Origin: an uncultured Chloroflexia bacterium | Lineage (GTDB): Bacteria; Chloroflexota; Chloroflexia; QHBQ01; JADMIH01 | Assembly: GCA_963797095.1 (NCBI GenBank) | Contig: CAWCNY010000004.1 | Coordinates: 640,001 to 704,000 of the forward strand | Reading direction: 5' to 3' | DNA length: 64,000 bases | In this document: piece after piece, positions 49,346-59,548 of the stretch | Layout of the letters: every line of letters begins with the position of its first letter | How positions within the stretch are numbered: position 1 is the first letter of the stretch | The notes under the pieces: generated by a model | What the model was told of the DNA's origin: nothing | Database searches by the model: none | Seen by the model: only the letters and a program-made list of their open reading frames with translations | Made by a program: the position numbers and the translations under genes

Positions 49346-50011
49346 CTATCGAACCTCCCTTTCAGTCAACAGCGCGTCAACGTCTTGCACATAAGCAAGA
49401 CCGCGCTCGTACCTGATGATCACCACTTCTGCCCCTTTGGCGATGGCACTATCGTCAACACTGCGGGCGCCCGCAGTGAAGCGCGTGCCCTTCTTAGTAT
49501 AGACGATCTCGCCCACACCGCCTGAGCGTATGGGGCTGACAACCCTGGCCGCCGTCCCCGGCAGGCGAAAGTCGCTATCCTCCAGGGGCTTGCTCATCAT
49601 GGGCCACAGCACGCGGGCCAGCAAGACGAACATGATCGCGCCTCCCACTAACCCGCTTGCCACCGCCAGCAGAGCCGCCAGCCAGCCGTAAAGCCCCAGC
49701 GATTGGCGGAGCAGATAGCCGACCCCACCGAACCACGTAATCGTAGCCATGATGGTCGGCATATTAAGGAAGCCTGGGCCATCGTGGCCGGCATGGGCGG
49801 CATGCGCCAACTGATGGCCCCCTGCATCGGCATGAGCATCCCCGATTTCGATCTGGATATCGTGCCCACCAGGCAAGTCTATATGTATGTCGTGACCTCC
49901 CGCGTCCGCGCCGCCCCCAACCCAACCGAGTAGGAGGGACGCGACCGTGAAGATCAGTCCGAAAAGGAAGAACGACAGAAATAGATTCGCCAGCCAGTCA
50001 GAACCAAACAT
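49346..50011 (-). CDS. NfeD/YqiJ-like flotillin partner with His-rich loop
   Basis: TM helices plus C-terminal OB fold (G..ARV...GVGEI...IAKGAEVVI). Confidence 0.88.
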   Translation of the reverse strand: MFGSDWLANLFLSFFLFGLIFTVASLLLGWVGGGADAGGHDIHIDLPGGHDIQIEIGDAHADAGGHQLAHAAHAGHDGPGFLNMPTIMATITWFGGVGYLLRQSLGLYGWLAALLAVASGLVGGAIMFVLLARVLWPMMSKPLEDSDFRLPGTAARVVSPIRSGGVGEIVYTKKGTRFTAGARSVDDSAIAKGAEVVIIRYERGLAYVQDVDALLTEREVR

Positions 50012-50109
50012 AGCGCACTCACGCTCCTTTCACTCAGTCCCAACCCACCGGCATGGTTCATTATTTATTTACGCAACAAGTCCAATAAAGTTGCATGGGG
50101 CAGATTCTG

Positions 50110-50415
50110 TTAGAACATGCCGGGGATATTCAGCCCGCCCGTTATTGCCCCCATTTTCTTTTGGGCCATGTCTTGAGCGTGTTCAAGTGCCTGGTTGAAT
50201 GCGGTCATCAACATATCCTGAAGTGTTTCCACATCATCAGGATCTACGGCATCGGGGTCAACGGTCACCGCCATTACCTTGTGGTGACCGTTCATCTCGA
50301 TGGTAACGGCTCCGCCGCCAGAGGTGGCCGTGACGGTCTCATTGGCGAGGTCCTCCTGAGCCTTGAGCATCTTCTTTTGCATATCCTGCAACTGGCGCAT
50401 CATTCGATTGTCCAT
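50110..50415 (-). CDS. ybaB: YbaB/EbfC nucleoid-associated protein
   Basis: SGGGAVT, DPDDVETLQDM, TGGLNIPGMF; follows dnaX. Confidence 0.95.
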   Translation of the reverse strand: MDNRMMRQLQDMQKKMLKAQEDLANETVTATSGGGAVTIEMNGHHKVMAVTVDPDAVDPDDVETLQDMLMTAFNQALEHAQDMAQKKMGAITGGLNIPGMF

Positions 50416-50493
50416 ATGGGGTTATCTCCTTGTTGAGTGGATAGACGCTGGATGATGGACCGCAGACGATTTCTCTAAGTCCAGTCCTGTTGT

Positions 50494-52389
50494 CTATTCA
50501 TCAGTCGTGTCGAATTTATCAACTCCAAATGTGTTCATAACCGCCCTGCCCCTGGGCGTTTCGTGCGGCGCGGGCGGCTTGCCTTTGGGATTGCGTGGGG
50601 CAGGCTTGCCGCCAACGTCCTCGCCACCCAAGTCGCTGTCATTTCCACCGCCGGAGCCGTTACCCTCCTGATCGAAAGTGATAGTCTCCACCAAACAGGG
50701 TCGTCCAAGGGTGCGAGAAAGAGCCTGCTCCAGCAGGCCGCGCTGCTGCTCGCCCCTGGCCCGCTGAGCGTGGATCGGATACCTGAAGCTGATCGTCACG
50801 GTCTTGCCCGACATGGCGAACGGGCGTACCTGCGCAGGATCGCGGAAGACCGCAGCCATCTGCTTGCTTCGGGCGTTGATCTGGTCTATCAGGTTGGGCC
50901 ATAGCCTCTTGAGCTTGCTCAGGTCATCGCCGTCATCTTCAGGCTCGGAAGGTGCCTCGGCGTGTGCCACCTCTTCAGATTCAGAGGGCACATGGCCGTT
51001 AGCAGCAACCGTTGGCTCGGCCTCATCCGGCGCGGGCTTCTCCTGGGAAGCCACGATCTCCAGGTGGGGTTGGGCCGTTCCATTCAAATAGCCTCCCAAC
51101 TCAACGTTTATGGGCGGTGGAGGACCGGAAGGTTGGGGCGCAGAGCCATTCCCGCCGCGCGCAGACTGCGAACCTCGCGAGGCGGCAGGGCGCTCAGGCG
51201 TGGGCTGCGCGGGCCTGGCACGCTCGGATGGGGGCACGCCGACCTGTTCGGCAGCCTGCGCGATCTCGGCGCTGTGATCTTTGGGCTGAAGCGCTACAGG
51301 AGGCAATATTGCTTCTACGAGGGCCATCTCCAGCGGTAACTGCCGGTATGATGTGGAGCGCAGTTCGCTATCGGCTGCGGCAAAGACCTTCGTCCAGCGC
51401 AGCAGGTCGGGCAAAGCAACCTTCGCGGCCTGCGCTTCCATGCGGCGCTTCATCTCCTCGGTCACGTCTAGCAGCGAGCCCTCCGAGGATTGGGCTGCAC
51501 CTGATTTAATCAACATCAACTGGCGCAGGTGCTCGACGGTCTGGTGGTTGAACTGCCGCACATCGAGTCCCTCGTCTAGCACCGCATTGATCAGGCGCAA
51601 ACCGGAAGGCAGGTCGGCGGCTACCAGGCAATCAACGAAATCGGCCACGCGCTCGGAGCCTGAGGCACCAAGCATGTCTTGAACTTCGGCAAGCCTGATC
51701 CCGCCCTCCGAGAAGACGCGCAACTGGTCGAGCAGGGAGAGGGCATCGCGCAACGACCCTGTGGCCTGCCTCGCCACCAATTCAAGGGCGGCATCCTCGA
51801 CCTCTATCAATTCCTGGTCGCACACCCACCGGAGGCGATCTACCATCGCTTTGAGAGGCACCCTCCTGAAATCGAACCGCTGGCAGCGCGATGCCACGGT
51901 TGCGGGCACCTTGTGTACCTCGGTAGTCGCCAGGATGAAGGCGACATGGGGCGGCGGCTCCTCTAAAGTCTTGAGCAGGGCATTGAAAGCCGACACACTT
52001 AGCATGTGCACTTCATCAATGATATAGAACTTGGTGTTCCACACGGCGGGGGAGAACTGGGCGCGCTCGATCATCTCGCGGATGTTGTCCACGCCTGTGT
52101 TGGAGGCGGCATCGATCTCGATCAGGTCGGTGGCGATATCGCGCCCGGCGGCAATGCAGTTGGGGCACTCATTACAAGGTTTGTCGGGACCTTCAGAGAG
52201 GCAGTTGGCGGCCCGCGCCAGCAAGCGAGCGGCGCTTGTCTTGCCGACTCCGCGCGGCCCCGTGAAGAGGTAGGCATGGCCGATGCGCCCTGACGATATG
52301 GCGTTCTTGAGGGTCTTCACCACAGGCTCCTGACCCACGAGTTCGTCAAATGTCTGGGAGCGGTACTTTCTATAGAGGGATAGGGACAT
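50494..52389 (-). CDS. dnaX: DNA polymerase III subunit gamma/tau
   Basis: LYRKYRSQTF, GPRGVGKT, EIDAASN, IIDEVHML, KTLEEPP, SRC. Confidence 0.98.
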   Translation of the reverse strand: MSLSLYRKYRSQTFDELVGQEPVVKTLKNAISSGRIGHAYLFTGPRGVGKTSAARLLARAANCLSEGPDKPCNECPNCIAAGRDIATDLIEIDAASNTGVDNIREMIERAQFSPAVWNTKFYIIDEVHMLSVSAFNALLKTLEEPPPHVAFILATTEVHKVPATVASRCQRFDFRRVPLKAMVDRLRWVCDQELIEVEDAALELVARQATGSLRDALSLLDQLRVFSEGGIRLAEVQDMLGASGSERVADFVDCLVAADLPSGLRLINAVLDEGLDVRQFNHQTVEHLRQLMLIKSGAAQSSEGSLLDVTEEMKRRMEAQAAKVALPDLLRWTKVFAAADSELRSTSYRQLPLEMALVEAILPPVALQPKDHSAEIAQAAEQVGVPPSERARPAQPTPERPAASRGSQSARGGNGSAPQPSGPPPPINVELGGYLNGTAQPHLEIVASQEKPAPDEAEPTVAANGHVPSESEEVAHAEAPSEPEDDGDDLSKLKRLWPNLIDQINARSKQMAAVFRDPAQVRPFAMSGKTVTISFRYPIHAQRARGEQQRGLLEQALSRTLGRPCLVETITFDQEGNGSGGGNDSDLGGEDVGGKPAPRNPKGKPPAPHETPRGRAVMNTFGVDKFDTTDE

Positions 52390-52499
52390 GGTCTATTGCT
52401 TACTTCGTATTGCGTATTGAGGGATAAAAAGACGGCACTCGGCGACAGCAGCCACCGCGAGGCTATTATACCATGCCAAAGTTGCCAGCACACGGCGGA

Positions 52500-52528
52500 T
52501 TGACACCCTCTGGGGGCACTCATATAAT
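52500..52528 (+). promoter_or_regulatory. Consensus sigma70 promoter giving a near-leaderless transcript
   Basis: TTGACA-17 nt-TATAAT; ATG 10 nt downstream, no SD. Confidence 0.85.
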
Positions 52529-52538
52529 CAACTTGCTA

Positions 52539-53429
52539 ATGACTCCAACTCCATCAACTGTACACAAGACCAGCCCTGTCTCACCTAACGGCAAGGCGCA
52601 TGTGGTCACATCCGGCGAAGCGTTCAGCCGTGCGGCATCGCTCTACGATGCGGACGAAGAGCAGAACGTGATGGCGCGGTGGGCGCGGAAACGCAGCCTT
52701 TCAGTGCTACTGAAGGCGTTTAAGCCAGGTGACCGGGTGCTGGAGATCGGTTGCGGCACGGGGATAGAGGCTCTGCAACTGGCGAGGCGCGGCATCAAAA
52801 TAGTAGCCACCGATGCAGCGCCGGGGATGATTTCGACCCTCAGCGCAAAGTTGTCGGAAGGCGGCTCGGCCCACGAACTGGCAGAGATGATCGAGCCGGT
52901 GCTTGTGCCCGCACAAGATCTCGGCGATCTAGTAGTGCGTTACGGGGCAGGCGCGTTCGATGGCGCTTACTCAAGCATGGGGCCGTTGAACTGCATCCCG
53001 GACCTGCAACCTGTGGCCGGTGCGCTGGCTCGGCTTGTCAGACCGGGGGGGCGGGTGGTGCTAAGTCTGCTGAACCGCTATTGCCTGTGGGAAACCGCCT
53101 GGTATATGCGCGCGCTCCAGCCTGGGCTGGCCTTCAGGCGCTGGGGCGGGGAGGCTGAAGCCACTTCGCGCCCCGATTGGCAGGAGGAGAAGTTCACCTG
53201 CTACTATTGGAACAGAGGCACAATAGAGAGGGCTTTCCAACATGACTTCTGCGTTGTAAGGCGTGAAGGATTACCCTGGCTAATGCCACCGCTCTACCTT
53301 GACGGATTGATCAAGCGTGCGCCGCGACTTTTCCGGGTGCTATCTCGTCTCGACCGCCGCCTGGCTCACTTGTGGCCCGCATACGACATCGGGGATCACC
53401 TGCTAATCCAGCTCGAGCGAAAGGGCTAG
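52539..53429 (+). CDS. Class I SAM-dependent methyltransferase
   Basis: VLEIGCGTG, ATDAAPGM, FDGAYS, LVRPGG; start set by the promoter position. Confidence 0.9.
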   Translation: MTPTPSTVHKTSPVSPNGKAHVVTSGEAFSRAASLYDADEEQNVMARWARKRSLSVLLKAFKPGDRVLEIGCGTGIEALQLARRGIKIVATDAAPGMISTLSAKLSEGGSAHELAEMIEPVLVPAQDLGDLVVRYGAGAFDGAYSSMGPLNCIPDLQPVAGALARLVRPGGRVVLSLLNRYCLWETAWYMRALQPGLAFRRWGGEAEATSRPDWQEEKFTCYYWNRGTIERAFQHDFCVVRREGLPWLMPPLYLDGLIKRAPRLFRVLSRLDRRLAHLWPAYDIGDHLLIQLERKG

Positions 53430-56400
53430 ATTACAGCCTGCGCCTGAGGCTCCACGTACCCGCGCCCTTCTTCCTCTTCTTGCTCTTCGCTGACAGCGCG
53501 CTCACCCTTGTTGAGCGGGCGCGTGGTGTAGTACTTTGCCTGGGGGTGGTGGGCCACCAGCGCCGCCGTTGACTGTTCCGGCACCAGCACGAACCCATCG
53601 GTCAGGCTGACGCCGATCTTGTCGGCGGGAAGCACCTGCAAGAGCTTCACCTGCTCGGATGGGTCGGGGCAGGCAGGATAACCCCAAGAGTAGCGCCTCC
53701 CCTGTCCTTCCGGCAAACCAAGCTCGCGCCTGACCATTTTGTGCGTCCATTCCGCCAGGGCTTCCGCAAGCGCCACGCTCAGGCCGTAAATATAGTAGCC
53801 CTCTGAGTAATTGCCGTCGCGCTGCATCTGCTCGAACGCTTCGGTGGCGCGGTCGCCCATGGTCACGACCTGCAAAGGCAGCACATCCAGCTTGCCCGAT
53901 TCCAGCGAAGCATAGTAGTCGGCAAGGCACAAATGCTCTCGGTCGGGCTGGCGAGGGAACATGAAGGCGATCTTAGATTTTAGATCTCGGATTTTGGATT
54001 GATCGAAACTTCCATGGTCCGGATCGTATACCAGCAGATCGTTGCCTTGCGATTGGCACGGGAAGTAGCCGTAAATCACCTTGGGAGTAAGCAACTGCCT
54101 GGCCCGCATCTCGCGGCGCATGCGGTCGAGCCTGGGAAGTAACTCGTCCTCCACGGCGCGGTCGTACTCGGCCCCATGCAATTTGTGCGCGCCCCACGAC
54201 AGCCTGAACAGCGATTTCAGGTCCAGGCAATCGAACACTTCATCTAGCGGGATATGTCGCTGGTCCAGGGTCTTGTAGCCCCAGAAAGGAGGTGTCGGGA
54301 TCCGCACGTCCTGCGCGACATCGGAGCGGATGATCGGCGCAGCAGATTCGGTGCTGCTCTGCGTCGCGCCCTTGGCCTCGCGATCGTGAAGCAGGACCGC
54401 CTCTCGATGCTTGCGCTCGACAAACTTGATCCGCTCTTGTTCATCCGTAAGGGCTTCCATTGTATCGAGGCCCTCGAAGGCATCGCGGCAATAATAGACG
54501 CCCGGCGCGTAACGTTCGGCCACGGCATCATCCCCCACGAACCCGATGCGCGCTCCAAATGGCCTGTTGATCGCCGCACCGCCCACCAGCACAGGATATT
54601 CCAGCCCGCGCTTGTAAAGCTCTTGCACGCACAGAGGCATCTGCTTGGAGGTGCTGACGAGCAGCGCGCTCAGGCCGATGGCGGTAGCATCCACCTCCAC
54701 GGCCTTGTCGATGATAACGTTCAACGGCACTTGCTTGCCAAGGTCGTACACGGTGTAGCCGTTATTGGTGAGGATCGTATTGACCAGGCTTTTGCCTATG
54801 TCATGTACGTCGCCGAACACCGTGGCAAGCACCACCTTGCCTTTGGTGTAGCCTTCCTTCTTCTCAAAATACTGCTCAAGGTGAGCTACAGCCTTCTTCA
54901 TTACCTCCGCCGATTGGAGGACGAAGGGCAAAATGAGCTCGCCCGCCCCGAATTTGTCTCCTACTTCCTTCATGGCGGGTAGCAGCACATTGTTGAGCAC
55001 CCATATGGCGTCATGCGCTTGCACCGACTCGTCCAGCAGGGCCTCGATCCCATCCTTCTTGCGGTGCAATATCTGGTAATGTATGCGCTGTTCGACGGTC
55101 ATCCCGGCCAGTGCATCCTCTGTCGATTGGCGGTTATCGTCCACCGAGCGCTTATTTACCTCAAAGTAGGCGATGTACTCAGGCAGCGCGTTCGATTCGT
55201 TGTTGATCAGCCTGTCGGCCAGCCGCCGCTCGTTCTCATCGATCTCGGCGTAGGGTGTTATGTGCGCAGGATTCACAATCGCGAGGTCCAGGCCCGCCTG
55301 CACCGCGTGGTGCAAGAAGACCGAGTTGAGCACAGCCCTTGGGTAGGGGTCTATGCCAAAGGACACGTTGCTGACACCCAGGATCGTAAGAGCGCCCGGA
55401 AGCTCCGCCTTCACGCGCCTGATACCTTCCAGCGTTTCTATGGCAGACCGCGCAAGGTCCTCCTGCCCTGTAGTCACCGGAAAGGTGAGCACATCGAAGA
55501 TAAGCGCGCCCGGCTCCAGCCCGTACTCCTGGGTGGCGATATCGAATATCCGCTTACAGATCTCCACCTTGCGGTCGGCGGTGTGAGCCATGCCGATCTC
55601 GTCAATGGAGAGTGCCACCACTGCCGCGCCATGCTCAACGGCCAGAGGTAGCACAGCCTCTATCCTCTCGCGTCCGCGTTCCATGTTGATCGAGTTGATG
55701 ATCGCCCTGCCGGGATACGCTTCCAGGGCCGCTTTGATAGACGAAGCTTCTGTGCTGTCGATCACCAGGGGCGCTTCCACCGCCAGACTCAGCTTCTTAA
55801 CCAGCTTGCGCATCTGGTCATCTTCGTCAACGCGCTCGGTGAGAGCGACCTGCACATCGAGTACATGCGCGCCGCCTTCCACCTGCTCGCGGCCTACCTG
55901 CACGATGGCGTCGTAATCGTCGGCCAGCAGCAGGCGCTTTACCTTGCGCGAACCCTGCGCGTTCACCCGCTCGCCCACGATCATAGGAGCGGGTTCCTGT
56001 TGCAATGAAAACGCCCTCATGCCGCTTGAGACGCGTGGCACATAGTAGCTTGGACGCCCGGTCTGCCTTCTGCTGTGCCCAACAGCCTCAACGAAGGCTC
56101 GGATATGTTCGGGTCCGGTGCCGCAACAGCCACCCACCACGCTCACGCTGAACTCATTGACGAACTCATAGAGGTCACGCGCCATCGGCTCCGGCTCTTC
56201 GGGATAGACCGCCTGCCCGCCTACATTGATCGGCAACCCGGCGTTCGGGATGCACGACACCCACTTGGTGGCGTTCTCCCCCAGGAAGCGAACGGGCTCG
56301 CGCATATGCTCGGGCCCCGTCGAGCAATTGAGGCCGATCACCTGCGCTGGCAAGTATTGGAGGGTGGTGAGGGCTGCCACGATATCGGTGCCCAGGAGCA

Positions 56401-57022
56401 TCCTCCCGGACGTGTCGAGCGTGACCTGCGCCTGGATCGGCACCCAGCGTCCACTCTCTCTGAAGTATTCGTTCGCTCCGGCGATGGCTGCTTTCAGTTC
56501 GAGGATGTCCTGAGTGGTCTCGATAACAAGGAGGTCCACGCCGCCCTCAACGAGGGGCTTGGCCTGCTCGCTGTAGATAGCCTTCAGTTGTGCATAGGTG
56601 ATATTCGAGAGGGTTGGGTCGTCGGCGGAAGGCAAGAATCCGGTCGGACCCATAGAGCCTGCTACATACCTGGGCCTGGAAGGAGAGGCGAAGCTATCGG
56701 CCACCCTACGCGCTAGTTGAGCCGCAGTGTAGTTCTGGTGGTACACCTCGCCGGGGATGCCATATTCACCAAGCTTGGGGCGCGTACTGCCGAAGGTGGC
56801 GGTCTCCAATACGTCAGCGCCAGCCTCCATGAATGAAGCGTGTATCTCCTCGATCACGCGTGGATTGGTCACGCACAGGTAATCGTTGCACCCCTCGAAC
56901 TGGGCTCCCCCAAACTGCTCAGGCGTGAGGTTGTACTTCTGCACGGAAGTTCCCATCGCGCCATCGAAGATCAGCACGCGCTCTTTCAGGCTATCCAGGT
57001 ATGATTTGTTGCTCATGGGCAA
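53426..57022 (-). CDS. metH: B12-dependent methionine synthase
   Basis: DGAMGT, GGCCGT, GERVNAQGS, GDVHDIGK, RYSWGYPACP. Confidence 0.98.
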   Translation of the reverse strand: MPMSNKSYLDSLKERVLIFDGAMGTSVQKYNLTPEQFGGAQFEGCNDYLCVTNPRVIEEIHASFMEAGADVLETATFGSTRPKLGEYGIPGEVYHQNYTAAQLARRVADSFASPSRPRYVAGSMGPTGFLPSADDPTLSNITYAQLKAIYSEQAKPLVEGGVDLLVIETTQDILELKAAIAGANEYFRESGRWVPIQAQVTLDTSGRMLLGTDIVAALTTLQYLPAQVIGLNCSTGPEHMREPVRFLGENATKWVSCIPNAGLPINVGGQAVYPEEPEPMARDLYEFVNEFSVSVVGGCCGTGPEHIRAFVEAVGHSRRQTGRPSYYVPRVSSGMRAFSLQQEPAPMIVGERVNAQGSRKVKRLLLADDYDAIVQVGREQVEGGAHVLDVQVALTERVDEDDQMRKLVKKLSLAVEAPLVIDSTEASSIKAALEAYPGRAIINSINMERGRERIEAVLPLAVEHGAAVVALSIDEIGMAHTADRKVEICKRIFDIATQEYGLEPGALIFDVLTFPVTTGQEDLARSAIETLEGIRRVKAELPGALTILGVSNVSFGIDPYPRAVLNSVFLHHAVQAGLDLAIVNPAHITPYAEIDENERRLADRLINNESNALPEYIAYFEVNKRSVDDNRQSTEDALAGMTVEQRIHYQILHRKKDGIEALLDESVQAHDAIWVLNNVLLPAMKEVGDKFGAGELILPFVLQSAEVMKKAVAHLEQYFEKKEGYTKGKVVLATVFGDVHDIGKSLVNTILTNNGYTVYDLGKQVPLNVIIDKAVEVDATAIGLSALLVSTSKQMPLCVQELYKRGLEYPVLVGGAAINRPFGARIGFVGDDAVAERYAPGVYYCRDAFEGLDTMEALTDEQERIKFVERKHREAVLLHDREAKGATQSSTESAAPIIRSDVAQDVRIPTPPFWGYKTLDQRHIPLDEVFDCLDLKSLFRLSWGAHKLHGAEYDRAVEDELLPRLDRMRREMRARQLLTPKVIYGYFPCQSQGNDLLVYDPDHGSFDQSKIRDLKSKIAFMFPRQPDREHLCLADYYASLESGKLDVLPLQVVTMGDRATEAFEQMQRDGNYSEGYYIYGLSVALAEALAEWTHKMVRRELGLPEGQGRRYSWGYPACPDPSEQVKLLQVLPADKIGVSLTDGFVLVPEQSTAALVAHHPQAKYYTTRPLNKGERAVSEEQEEEEGRGYVEPQAQAVI

Positions 57023-57133
57023 TACCCTCTTAACTTGATACTTTACTATTGCGTACTTCGTTAGTGTTCATTCGGCGTCCTACAACAAAAAACCTCTCAC
57101 AGGGAGAGGTACGTCTCTTGCCGCGAACGGCCT

Positions 57134-57224
57134 AATCCTTCCCCGTTGGGGCTGGGTGTGGCACCGCGCTTCGCCGGTTGCCGGGTAGGTCTACGAGCCA
57201 GTTCTCTCACTACCACTCTCGATT
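57134..57224 (-). promoter_or_regulatory. SAM-I riboswitch; terminator at ~57086-57110
   Basis: Minus strand AATC-GAGAG...GAGAACTGGCTC...GGCAACC...GGTGCC...CCAG...GATT, then ACCTCTC..GAGAGGT-TTTTT; upstream of metH. Confidence 0.92.
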
Positions 57225-57246
57225 TCTGTTCAGTTGTACTGTGTCC

Positions 57247-57275
57247 AGTTTACAGGAGAGGCAAGAACCTGTCAA
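57247..57275 (-). promoter_or_regulatory. metH sigma70 promoter
   Basis: Minus strand TTGACA-17 nt-TAAACT. Confidence 0.8.
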
Positions 57276-57285
57276 GATATGAGAT

Positions 57286-58776
57286 CTGACATCCGGTCAT
57301 AAATAGCAGAGGGTATTAAGATGGGCTAGAATCGAGCATCCTAAAGTGAGGGGGTTTGTATGTCAGCCGCTCAATCAGTGTTGCTTGATGAGTACGTTGC
57401 TCAGTTCTCTACTCTGTTCGGGGACAAGCGCAGTCGGGCTACGTTTGAGGCTATCATTAGCGGCATCCTGGCAGCGGGCAGCCTTGTGTGTTCTCGGATC
57501 GCTGCTGTGGCTCCACTGCTGTCAGGAGTAGGTGACGGAGCACAAAGGGTGCTGCGCTTTGCCGAGGGAGAGAGCACTCGGCGTTCCTCAGTAACAGCTT
57601 CACGCCTGGTAGAGAAACTGGCCGAACGGGGTGTGGCTCAACTAGGGGAAACCCCCTCGGCACTGACGTGTGGCTGGTGCTGGATGGGTCGGACCTGCGC
57701 AAACCTCACGCCAAACAGATGCCCAATCTGATGCGAGTACGCAGTCTGCAAGGCACAATGGTAAACGGCTACCGCACACTCAACGTGCTGGCTGTTACCC
57801 CGCAGCAACGCGCCTTGCTGTACCATCGCCTCTACTCAAGCAAGGAGAAAGACCACCTCTCAGAGTCACACGAGGTACAGAGTGCTCTCAAAGAGGTGGG
57901 TACGGCGCTGAAGTCCATCCAAGCGGAGCACCCGGTCACATGGATTATGGACAGTGGCTCTGATAACGTGGCGGTGTGGCGCACCATATGGGAGAGGGAG
58001 CAACACGTTTTGTGTAGGGTTCAACATATGGATCGGCTTGTCCAATACCAATACCGAACCTCCTTATCAGGCCAATGGGGTCAGGGCCATCTTGAGGAGG
58101 CTGGGGCTCACCTGAGTAAGGCAGGCACTGTGCAAACAAGCATGGTAGTACGCCTGAAGGGGCAGCGGTACGAGAAGCGCCAAAGTGTGACGGTGGAGTT
58201 GAGCAGTTGCCAGGTTCTGGTAAGCTACGAACCTGACATACGACGGGTGGGACCAAGGAAAGGGGTAGGTGAGAAAGTCACACACGCACTGTGGCTGCTG
58301 AGAGTAGAGATACGCGACAGCCAGATGCAACCATGGTACTTGCTGACCGACTGGGCGTGCAACACTGCACAACAAGCAGCACGCATCTTCCAAATGTATA
58401 GGCAGAGGTGGAGTGTGGAGGAAGCCTTCCAATTCCTCAAGACATGTGTTGGTTGGGAAGAGGTGCAGGTACTCGACTTGGAGGGGATACGCACGCTGGT
58501 GGCGCTGGGGTGGGTAGCAGCAGGCTTTCTTTATGAGATAGATGGCGGATGGGAATGGGTAGACGTGGAGTTGTTGGCAAAGTTGGGTGGATACGTGCCG
58601 CACAAGGGGCGCAAGCCAGGGAAGAAGATACTCCTGTGGGGGCTACAACGGGTGCAAGACTACATGGTTACTGAGGCTATCCTACGTCAGCATAAGGCTG
58701 CCACTGGCTCTATCCCTCCTGGTATCGCTGCCCTGCTTGGCAAAGAGGTCGTCGATAAGTTATGACCGGATGTCAG
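57286..58776 (+). mobile_element. IS4-family-like insertion sequence
   Basis: Perfect 17-bp TIR CTGACATCCGGTCATAA; 7-bp target duplication ATGAGAT (57279-57285, 58777-58783). Confidence 0.92.
57360..58765 (+). pseudogene. IS4-type DDE transposase split by a -1 frameshift near 57652-57656
   Basis: FGDKR N-terminus; LDGSDLRKP, MDSG, YRQRWSVEEAFQFLK (YREK motif); one extra C fuses the frames. Confidence 0.82.
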
Positions 58777-58865
58777 ATGAGATCTGAGCGCTGTGCAGGG
58801 CTGAGGTTCCTGCCCTTAGGCTAACTTGCCCTCGGCTGAGCAGCATGTAGGACCTAACAAGCTAA

Positions 58866-59480
58866 CTAGGACATTATCTCATCGATACCAATTGATGCAT
58901 CAACTGCTCCCGGTACAGATAGAAACTCACCCTTACCTACCCGCCGGGTATTTGCGTAATCTCCATTTTGCAGGTTGGTGTACACTTCGACAGTGCCTCG
59001 CCTGAGATTGATTATCCAATATTCCGGAATTTCTGACTCCGCATAGAGAGCACGCTTCATTTCTGACTCCTCATAGAGAGCACGCTTCTTTGTTCTATCA
59101 TGCTGGAGTGACGTGTCAGAAACTTCAATAGCCAGCAAAACATCTTTAGCTACGGGCGGCGTTGATCGGGAATAATTATCGGGTAAACGTAGTAGAGCAA
59201 CGTCAGGCTGAGGTTGAGAGTCGCTTTCAGGTAGATCGATTGAGTTGCCTTGAGGCCAAATGAGCACGAAATCACCCGCTCTTCGCTCAAGCAACTTTAT
59301 TAGGCGAGCAACAATACGTTGATGATCGTAACTGGGCGGCGGCATCTCGAGAATTTCCCCTCTTATGAGTTCCAGGCGAGTATTATCCTCAAAGACGCCA
59401 GCCTCCACCATCCGCTCGAACTCTTCAAGGCTGATGTGGTGTCGTTTTGGTTGGGTGGTTTGTTTGAGCGCAACTGCCAT
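58866..59480 (-). CDS. Uma2/DUF820-family PD-(D/E)XK endonuclease with an in-frame 30-bp duplication
   Basis: LELIRGEI.EMPP, QPDV, IEVSDTS...D..KK, IPEYWII. Confidence 0.9.
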   Translation of the reverse strand: MAVALKQTTQPKRHHISLEEFERMVEAGVFEDNTRLELIRGEILEMPPPSYDHQRIVARLIKLLERRAGDFVLIWPQGNSIDLPESDSQPQPDVALLRLPDNYSRSTPPVAKDVLLAIEVSDTSLQHDRTKKRALYEESEMKRALYAESEIPEYWIINLRRGTVEVYTNLQNGDYANTRRVGKGEFLSVPGAVDASIGIDEIMS

Positions 59481-59548
59481 GTTTCGGCCGGTACTTTCGT
59501 GATTCTCCTGATCGGATGTGTTGAATAATACGTGTTCATGATAGCGCA

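Noticed and set aside
52390-52500. SRP RNA upstream of dnaX
   Set aside because: No SRP helix 8 motif; the region holds divergent promoters and a heptamer repeat
52533-52550. Fluoride riboswitch 3' motif GCTAATGACTCC
   Set aside because: No upstream GGCGATGGAGTTCGCC partner; the sequence is the methyltransferase start
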